DNA of 31,199 nt from Thermovirgaceae bacterium (lineage in GTDB: Bacteria; Synergistota; Synergistia; Synergistales; Thermovirgaceae), in assembly GCA_046542505.1 (NCBI GenBank), contig JBKHBH010000016.1, positions 1 through 31,199 on the forward strand. Reading direction: 5' to 3'. Shown piece by piece: positions 24,960-31,199 of this stretch. The translations under genes and the position numbers were made by a program. Below the pieces are notes generated by a model. That model saw only the letters and a program-made list of their open reading frames with translations, did not search any database and had not been told where the DNA came from. Within the stretch, counting starts at the first letter, position 1; each line of letters begins with the position of its first letter.

Positions 24960-25595
24960 ATGAGCGACGGAACCCCTCCTCGGGAAATGACCGGAAAAGG
25001 CCGAAAACTCCTGCGGGCACTCAAGGTGCTTCTCTTCCTCCTTTTTCTGGCGGGGGGGTTTTTAGGCGGTCTTGCGGCGGGCGGAGGCCTGTACGTTCTT
25101 GCCGGTGACGTCGCCCCGAGAGTAGCCGGACTCCCCTTCGTGGGAGAAAAGGCGCAAAAGTTTTTACTCAGCCTCGAACCGCCTTTGGACCGTTTCCAGC
25201 GGAGGGAACTCGAACTCCGGCAGACGGAGAAGCACCTGCTGTCCCTCCAGGAGGAGCTTGGCGCCCAACGCGCCCGCCTCGAGGCCGAAAAGGAAAATTT
25301 GGTGAAGCGAAAGGAAGAGCTGGACCAAAGACGGGCGGCCCTGGAGGAAGCCGAGGCACGGATGGAGAAGGTGCCCGACGAAAGAACTCTTTACGAGGAA
25401 ATGGCCGAAAGCTTCGGTGACATGTCCTCCTCCAATGCGGCGAAAATTATCGTCCAGCTGCCTGCCGAAGAAGCGGCTGCAGTCCTGGACCGCCTTGGAG
25501 GCAAGGAGCGCGGAGACATCCTCGCGAAGATGCCTCCCGAAGCCGCAGCCAGGTTCATGCGGTATCTCCGAGGGCAATGGGAGGAAAAAAGGTGA
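24960..25595 (+). CDS. MotE/YlxF/FlbB-family protein (TM - coiled coil - MgtE_N-like helical domain)
   Basis: N-term TM, long coiled coil, C-term MAESFGDMSSSNAAKIIVQL..AAAVLDRL..RGDILAKMPPEAAARF; RBS AGGAG. Confidence 0.82.
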   Translation: MSDGTPPREMTGKGRKLLRALKVLLFLLFLAGGFLGGLAAGGGLYVLAGDVAPRVAGLPFVGEKAQKFLLSLEPPLDRFQRRELELRQTEKHLLSLQEELGAQRARLEAEKENLVKRKEELDQRRAALEEAEARMEKVPDERTLYEEMAESFGDMSSSNAAKIIVQLPAEEAAAVLDRLGGKERGDILAKMPPEAAARFMRYLRGQWEEKR

Positions 25596-25620
25596 AACTC
25601 CGGGGCCGAAAGGCCGAAAT
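25594..25620 (+). promoter_or_regulatory. Possible sigma28-type promoter upstream of flgB
   Basis: GAAA (25594-25597)-N15-GCCGAAAT (25613-25620). Confidence 0.35.
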
Positions 25621-25670
25621 ACTAACAGGGGACAGTGATCCCCGATGCAGTTGAAAAGCAGGTGATGTCA

Positions 25671-26084
25671 ATGTTCCGGGACGAACTCTGGCTGGCAGGG
25701 AAACTGGGCGCGTCGGCTTTGGCCGCACGTTTCGAGACGACGGCGGAAAACCTTGCCAACATCAACACCCCCGGGTACGAGAGGAAGGAAGTTTTCTTCG
25801 AGGACGCCCTTCGGGAAGCTGTTTCCGGAGAAGAGTCCCGAGAGCTTCACCCTGCGGCGACATGCGAGGGACACATCAGTCCCGGAAAGGTCGAGCTTGA
25901 TGTTGACCCGGAAAAGGTCATTCAGGAAACGTCGGGAGGAAATTCCTACCGCCTTGACGAAAACACCGTCGATCCCGAGGTGGAGATGGCCAAGCTTGCG
26001 GAAACCAGGATGGCCTACAACGCCGTGGTGCGCCTGATGGCCAAACGAACGGGCCTGCTGAAAACGGCCATGGGAGGGAAGTAA
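25671..26084 (+). CDS. flgB: Basal-body rod protein FlgB (start ATG 25671 after AGGTGA)
   Basis: AENLANINTPGYERKEVFFE, RLDENTVDPEVEMAKLAE. Confidence 0.95.
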   Translation: MFRDELWLAGKLGASALAARFETTAENLANINTPGYERKEVFFEDALREAVSGEESRELHPAATCEGHISPGKVELDVDPEKVIQETSGGNSYRLDENTVDPEVEMAKLAETRMAYNAVVRLMAKRTGLLKTAMGGK

Positions 26085-26085
26085 T

Positions 26086-26505
26086 ATGCGGATATTCAAG
26101 CCTGTCGATATCGCCGGGAGCGGATTGACGGCCCACAGGGCGATGCTTGATGTGATTTCCGAAAATCTGGCCAACGCCAACACAACCAGGACCTCCGAGG
26201 GCGGTCCGTACCAGCGGAAGATTCCGGTATTCGAGGAACGTCTCGTCGAAGCCGAAGGCGGGCGCCTTGAAGCTTCCGGTGTGGCTGTCAAGGAGATCGC
26301 CGCCGACGACGCCCCTCCCAGAATGGTCTACGAACCCGGGCACCCCGACGCCGACGAGGAAGGCTACGTGGCGTATCCCAACGTTTCAGTGATCCGGGAA
26401 ATGGCGGATATGATGGCCGCCAGCCGGGCCTACGAGGCAAACCTGGAAGTCGTGAAATCGGCCAAATCCATGTGGGAGGCGGCGACGGAGCTTCTGAGAA
26501 GCTGA
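26086..26505 (+). CDS. flgC: Basal-body rod protein FlgC
   Basis: ISENLANANTTR..GGPYQRK, YEPGHPDADEEGYVAYPNV, ASRAYEAN. Confidence 0.97.
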   Translation: MRIFKPVDIAGSGLTAHRAMLDVISENLANANTTRTSEGGPYQRKIPVFEERLVEAEGGRLEASGVAVKEIAADDAPPRMVYEPGHPDADEEGYVAYPNVSVIREMADMMAASRAYEANLEVVKSAKSMWEAATELLRS

Positions 26506-26537
26506 TGCGCTGCCTGTGGAAGGAAGGGTGATGTCCC

Positions 26538-27308
26538 GTGTTCCGGGGAATCTATGATGCCGCTTCCGCCATGCTCGTGCAGCAGTACGGTGTGGACGTG
26601 ACGGCCAATAATCTGGCCAACGCCGAGACCTCGGGGTTCAAAAAACAGCTCGCCGTGGCCGAAAGCCATCCCGAAGCGGTACTGGTCAAAACCGAAAACG
26701 GGCGGTGGGGTTCCTCCCGAAAGACACCCCTCGGGGAAACGGCGCTTGGCGTGGTCATGTCCGAAACGGCCACGGAAGTGTCCCCGGGCCCCCTGCAGGA
26801 AACGGAAAATCCGCTGGACTGTGCCCTGACCGGTGACGGGTTCTTTCAGATCATCGATGAAGAAGGCGACATTTTCTACACTCGTTCCGGGAATTTCACC
26901 CTCAACGACGAAGGGCAGCTCGTGACACCCTCGGGCATGATGGTGGCAGGCGCCGGAGGACCCATCGTCGCCGGTGACGCCGAGACCGTCTCCATCCGCG
27001 ATGACGGCATGGTCTTCGCCGACGGCGAGGAACTCGGAAGATTCGCGGTGTTTCGTTTCGCGGAACCTTCTTTCCTTCACAGACGCGGGGAAAACCTCTT
27101 TTCCGAAACGCTGGCATCGGGCCCGGCGGAAGCCGTCGCCGACGAGGATATCCGCGTCGCTTCCGGGGTCGTGGAAGGATCGAACGTGAACATCGTCGAG
27201 GAAATGACGAAAATGATCACGGCGAGCCGGGCCTATGAGGCCGTTTCCAAGGCTTTTGACTCAGAGGCCGAGACGGCCAGGCAGATGATACAGGCCTTCG
27301 GCAGATAG
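26538..27308 (+). CDS. flgF: Basal-body rod protein FlgF/FlgG family (most likely FlgF/FlhO type)
   Basis: MFRGIYDAASAM..ANNLANAETSGFKK, TENPLDCALTGDGFF, YTRSGNF, EGSNVNIVEEMTKMITASRAYEA. Confidence 0.8.
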   Translation: MFRGIYDAASAMLVQQYGVDVTANNLANAETSGFKKQLAVAESHPEAVLVKTENGRWGSSRKTPLGETALGVVMSETATEVSPGPLQETENPLDCALTGDGFFQIIDEEGDIFYTRSGNFTLNDEGQLVTPSGMMVAGAGGPIVAGDAETVSIRDDGMVFADGEELGRFAVFRFAEPSFLHRRGENLFSETLASGPAEAVADEDIRVASGVVEGSNVNIVEEMTKMITASRAYEAVSKAFDSEAETARQMIQAFGR

Positions 27309-27373
27309 ACTCCGGACCATCTAGTCCCCTCAAGGGAGGTGCGGGAGCGAACCGGCGGAAGCTCCCGAAATGA

Positions 27374-28252
27374 ATGGCTGACGAAAAACACCAAAAAGAC
27401 ATGAATCCTGAAGAAGGCACCCCTGACAGGGAAGAACCCCAAGAGCGGGAATCCTCCGGGGACAACCTGCCCGAGGGTGAAACCGTCGATAACGGCGAGG
27501 CCGGCGACGGGGAGGCACGTGCGGGGGGAAACGCAGAAACCCCGGCGGAAACCGGAGGGGAAGACCAAAAGGAGGACGCGTCCCGGGAAAGCCGCAGCGC
27601 CCCTGAAACAGGAGCGGGCGACTTCAGCGACGAAGAAAGCGAAGGCGAAGAGGGCGAAACAAAGCAGCCGGAAGGTGCATCCATCAGCGCCGAGGAAGCG
27701 GCCGCCCTGGAAAAGGGGCTCGACTGGCTCGATTCCGTCGGCGAGGACATCCCGGACATACCCGATTACGAGGAAGTGGAAAAAAAGGGTGGCGGTGAAG
27801 AAACATCCCAGGCCGCCATCGATGACCTCATCTCCAGCGTCAAGGCCAATTCGGGCTTCAATTTCGAGACGAACCCCTCCGGCGCAAAGCAGCAGCCAGG
27901 CCGGCACCGGGAACCGGAAGGTTCGGCATCGGTGCAACCGGCAAGTTTCCCGGATATGAACGATGAGGGCTCCGGAGAAAGAAAAGACACCGGCAACGAA
28001 AACAAGATCGACATGCTCATGGATATTCCCGTCCAGGTGACGGTGGTCCTTGGCCATGCCCAAAAGACCATCGGGGAGATCGTCTCCCTGGAACAGGGTG
28101 CTGTGGTGGAACTGGACAAGATTGTCGGTGAACCCGTAGATGTCCTTGCCAACGGGAAGCTGGTGTTCAAGGGCGAGGTCGTGGTCATTGACGAGAACTT
28201 CGGTGTCCGGGTCGTGGAGCTCGTCAAGTCGCCGATCCGCAATGCCAGGTGA
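27374..28252 (+). CDS. fliN: C-ring switch protein FliN-like with ~210-aa acidic low-complexity N-terminal extension
   Basis: C-terminal SpoA domain IDMLMDIPVQVTVVLG..GAVVELDKIVGEPVDVLANGKLVFKGEVVVIDENFGVRV. Confidence 0.88.
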   Translation: MADEKHQKDMNPEEGTPDREEPQERESSGDNLPEGETVDNGEAGDGEARAGGNAETPAETGGEDQKEDASRESRSAPETGAGDFSDEESEGEEGETKQPEGASISAEEAAALEKGLDWLDSVGEDIPDIPDYEEVEKKGGGEETSQAAIDDLISSVKANSGFNFETNPSGAKQQPGRHREPEGSASVQPASFPDMNDEGSGERKDTGNENKIDMLMDIPVQVTVVLGHAQKTIGEIVSLEQGAVVELDKIVGEPVDVLANGKLVFKGEVVVIDENFGVRVVELVKSPIRNAR

Positions 28253-28259
28253 ACAGACA

Positions 28260-29144
28260 ATGGTGGAGCGCGTCTACCCCGCCGGCCCGGGATACGAGAA
28301 ATTCAAACGCCGGGTGGCTGATCTCACCGGTGTGGATCTGGACATGTACAAGTTCCAGATCCATCGCAGGGTCCACACACTGATGCGCAACTGGGGATTC
28401 GAAGAATACGACACCTTCTACGATCTCCTTCATGAAGATCCGGACAGGCGGAAGAAATTTTTGGACTACATTACCATCAACGTCACGGAGTTCTTCAGAA
28501 ACCCGCCGCGATGGGAAATGCTCAGGGAATTCGTTCTTCCGAAACTGCTTGTTTCCGGGCGCGAAGGGCTCCGGTTCTGGAGTGCGGGGTGTTCTTCGGG
28601 GGAAGAGCCCTACTCTCTGGCGATCCTCGCGCTGGAAGCCGGTGTCGACGCGTCCGTTCTGGCCGTGGACGTGGACGAGGGGGCCATTGCCAGGGCGAAG
28701 GCCGGAGTCTATGGAGAGAAGCAGCTTGTCAACGTCCCCGAACGGCTCCGGCGGCGGTATTTCAGGCGGGAAAAAGAGGGGAGCTACGCGGTTTCTCAAG
28801 GCGTCAGGGATTTGGTGTCCTTCAGGCGGGCCAATCTTCTGACCTTCCCTTTCCCGAGGGACCGGCACCTTGTCCTGTGCAGGAACGTGGTCATATACTT
28901 TTCCGCTGAAACGAAGCGGAAGCTTTATGAAAAATTTTTCGACTGCCTCGCCCCGGGAGGCTTTCTGGTTGTCGGGACGACGGAGCAGATCTTCGATTAC
29001 GCCACAATAGGTTTCCAGCAGGAAGGGTCCTTTCTCTACCGGAAACCTGCGGAAGGCGAATCGGGCATCAAATCTTTCAGGTCAGGCGGTGTCGCCCATG
29101 AAGCTGGTCAAGGAAATCGAATTCCACGCCAAAACGGAAAGTGA
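28260..29144 (+). CDS. cheR: Chemotaxis methyltransferase CheR (start ATG 28260)
   Basis: TINVTEFFRN, FWSAGCSSGEEPYSLA, LCRNVVIYF; RBS AGGTGA. Confidence 0.97.
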   Translation: MVERVYPAGPGYEKFKRRVADLTGVDLDMYKFQIHRRVHTLMRNWGFEEYDTFYDLLHEDPDRRKKFLDYITINVTEFFRNPPRWEMLREFVLPKLLVSGREGLRFWSAGCSSGEEPYSLAILALEAGVDASVLAVDVDEGAIARAKAGVYGEKQLVNVPERLRRRYFRREKEGSYAVSQGVRDLVSFRRANLLTFPFPRDRHLVLCRNVVIYFSAETKRKLYEKFFDCLAPGGFLVVGTTEQIFDYATIGFQQEGSFLYRKPAEGESGIKSFRSGGVAHEAGQGNRIPRQNGK

Positions 29145-30294
29145 GGCCTTTAACAGGGTCAAGGCCAGGCTGGGATCCGATGGAGTGATCCTGTCCATGC
29201 AGACAGTGAAAGAGCCGTCGCTCTTGCCCTTTTTCAAAAAGAAACGGCTTTTCGTCCGTGCGGGCATCCTGGAAGAGGAGAAAAAGACACCCCCACCGCC
29301 CGACCCTGAATTCGAGAAACGCCAACAGGCCGTTTTCCAGGCCCTGCTTCACTACAAGAGCGGCCTGAAGGCCGAAGTGGACAAAAACAAGGCCTCCGTG
29401 GAGGATCTGGCGGATTCCGTCACGGACACCGTTGACGTCCGCTCCAAAAAGAACGTACCCCATGGAGGAGCCCCGGTTTTTGAAGCCCATCGCAGCGATT
29501 CGTCCCCGGAAACCATCGAACACGAAAAAGGGTATCCCGGTTTCCTTCTTGACCAGGAGGTACCCACCGCCTGTGTGGATGCCTTGTGGAGCGAATATCT
29601 CGAAGCAGGCAAAAAAGAAAGGTTCCGGGACTGGTTCAGGACCAAGGTTTGCGAATTCTGCGTTTCCCAAGGCGAGGATGCCCTCGGGGATGCCTTGGGT
29701 GGAAACCGCATCATGGTCGTCGGCCCCACAGGAGTGGGAAAGACCACCACCATTGCAAAGATCGCCGCCATGGCGGTCATGGAGGGCCGGAAAACGGCCC
29801 TGTTTACTTCCGACAACTACAGGGTTTCCGCCGTGGAGCAAATCAGGACTTTCGCCAGGGTTCTGGGGCTTCCCATTGAGGTGGTCAACGCCGGTTTCGA
29901 AATCCCGGGTCTGCTCGAAAAATATGATGACGACACCCTGATTTTGATGGACACCGTGGGGTGCGGTTTTCGGGAAACGGATCGCCTGTCCCAGATCCGG
30001 GACATTTGGGAGCATTTCTTTCCCCATGCGGTTCATATAGCCATTTCGGGCACATCCCGGCTCAGGGATATCCAGGTTTCCGTCGAAAAGACCCGTGAGG
30101 TGATCCCCGTGACCAGGGCGATCGTGACCAAACTCGACGAAACCCTCTGTACCGGGACAGCCTTGTGGCTGCCCATGACCTTTGGATTGCCCCTTTCCTT
30201 CATTGCCACGGGACAAAATGTGCCGAGGGACATCGATCTGGCCACCGGGGAGTTGTTGTCCGAAAGCCTTCTCGGGGAGGGATCCCTTCTATGA
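29098..30294 (+). CDS. flhF: SRP-family GTPase FlhF (start ATG 29098 or GTG 29089)
   Basis: EAFNRVKARLGSDGVILS B-domain start; GPTGVGKTT, DNYRVSAVEQ, DTVG, TKLDET, GQNVPRD. Confidence 0.95.
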   Translation: MKLVKEIEFHAKTESEAFNRVKARLGSDGVILSMQTVKEPSLLPFFKKKRLFVRAGILEEEKKTPPPPDPEFEKRQQAVFQALLHYKSGLKAEVDKNKASVEDLADSVTDTVDVRSKKNVPHGGAPVFEAHRSDSSPETIEHEKGYPGFLLDQEVPTACVDALWSEYLEAGKKERFRDWFRTKVCEFCVSQGEDALGDALGGNRIMVVGPTGVGKTTTIAKIAAMAVMEGRKTALFTSDNYRVSAVEQIRTFARVLGLPIEVVNAGFEIPGLLEKYDDDTLILMDTVGCGFRETDRLSQIRDIWEHFFPHAVHIAISGTSRLRDIQVSVEKTREVIPVTRAIVTKLDETLCTGTALWLPMTFGLPLSFIATGQNVPRDIDLATGELLSESLLGEGSLL

Positions 30295-31199
30295 GAGTCG
30301 GCAAGATTTTGCCCAAAAGCGGGTTCGGGAACCAGGCAGTCAGGCCCTGTGACTTTGGTTCCTTCCAGGCCGAGGAGCTCAAGCAAACCATGAGGGAACA
30401 GGGAAGGTCTGCCCCGGTCCGGGCGGGGAAAAAGTCCATCGCCATCATCAGCGGCAAGGGCGGGGTGGGAAAGAGCAACATTTCTCTCAACCTTGCCCTG
30501 GCTCTGGGCGGGCGCTGGAACGTGCCGACGGCCATCATCGACGCCGACCTCGGGCTCGCCAACACTGACGTGCTCATGGGTCTGGAAGTCAGGCTGACTT
30601 TGGAAAACGTCTTCAGCGGAGAGCTTTCCGTCCGTGACATACTTGTCCCCGTCTTTGAGAACGTCTGGCTCGTGCCCGGCGGGACCGGCATCCCGGAACT
30701 GGCCGACATGACACCGGAAAGGCGCCGCCGGCTTCTTCCGGAAATGCTCTCTTTGGATGACCTTGTGGATATCATCGTCATCGACGGAGGGGCCGGCATC
30801 CATTCCACCGTCCGGGATTTCGCGCTCGCCGCCGATGCCGTGGTGGTGGTGACCACGCCAGAACCAACGGCTGTCAGAGATGCTTACAGCATGATCAAGA
30901 GCCTGTCCGGAACCTCCCCGGGCTCGTCCGGGATTGCGGAAAAAGAGCTCTTTCTGCTGGTCAACATGGCGTACTCCGACAGGGAGGCGGCCATGGCGGC
31001 AAAACGGCTGATCGACGCGAGCGGACGCTTTCTCGGAATCGATCTGGAAGTGCTTGCCTTCCTGCCCCACGACGCGAGGGTACCGAAGTCAGTAAAGGCC
31101 AGGCGTCCCGTTCTGGCGGGATATCCGAGATGTGCCTTTTCCCGAATCCTGTCGGGTATGGCCGGGAGACTTCTGCCTGCTGCAGGAAACCCCGGGAAA
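30291..31199 (+). CDS. flhG: MinD-like ATPase FlhG/FleN, 3'-truncated by window end (absent from ORF track)
   Basis: My translation from ATG 30291 (ATGA overlap with flhF): ..FQAEELK..SIAIISGKGGVGKSN..IIDADLGLAN..IDGGAG..VVTTPEPTAVRDAYSMIK. Confidence 0.93.
   Translation, partial: MRVGKILPKSGFGNQAVRPCDFGSFQAEELKQTMREQGRSAPVRAGKKSIAIISGKGGVGKSNISLNLALALGGRWNVPTAIIDADLGLANTDVLMGLEVRLTLENVFSGELSVRDILVPVFENVWLVPGGTGIPELADMTPERRRRLLPEMLSLDDLVDIIVIDGGAGIHSTVRDFALAADAVVVVTTPEPTAVRDAYSMIKSLSGTSPGSSGIAEKELFLLVNMAYSDREAAMAAKRLIDASGRFLGIDLEVLAFLPHDARVPKSVKARRPVLAGYPRCAFSRILSGMAGRLLPAAGNPGK

Noticed and set aside
27374..28252. Calling this gene fliY or fliM
   Set aside because: No CheC-like phosphatase domain (ExxN motifs) or FliM middle domain is visible.
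9750..28259. ORF-track N-terminal extensions of fliG (9750), fliI (11600), TPR protein (21117), yvyF region (18861) and cheR (28140)
   Set aside because: The extensions overlap upstream genes or read as out-of-frame sequence; downstream starts have clear RBS and match family N-termini.
5829..31070. Long antisense/alternate-frame ORFs (e.g. 5829-7148, 9957-11318, 11681-13078, 17546-19150, 23295-24137, 29077-30216, 30033-31070)
   Set aside because: Shadow ORFs typical of GC-rich coding DNA; they lie opposite well-supported genes and show no family motifs.
1..31199. tRNA/rRNA genes, IS elements, prophage or defence genes
   Set aside because: None recognisable; almost all sequence is explained by flagellar/chemotaxis CDSs.

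Overview
This is a gene-dense, GC-rich window occupied almost entirely by a flagellar/chemotaxis super-cluster. The order on the + strand is flgD-flgE-flgL-flhB, then a sigma70-type promoter, then fliA-fliE-fliF-fliG-fliH-fliI-fliJ-lytic transglycosylase-FapA(DUF342)-flhA-motB-yvyF-like-cheA-[secreted TPR/beta-propeller/vWA-like protein]. A lone motA follows on the - strand, and then hypothetical-MotE/FlbB-like-flgB-flgC-flgF/G-fliN-like-cheR-flhF-flhG (truncated). Protein style and the scrambled gene order suggest a Synergistota-like or Firmicutes-related anaerobe, but this is inference only. Five points stand out. (1) A tandemly repeated, highly structured ~120-nt non-coding element at the left edge has hairpin loops carrying CsrA-type GGA motifs. 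(2) A TPR-beta-propeller exported protein and a FlbB/MotE-like protein flank an isolated motA, reminiscent of spirochete collar components. (3) FlgL is giant (971 aa), with about 6 tandem inserted domains. (4) The stator has Na+-type signatures and its two genes are split. (5) The FliN-like protein has a long acidic tail carrying a FliM/FliY-like SQxxIDxL motif. All calls come from reading motifs by eye; no database searches were run.
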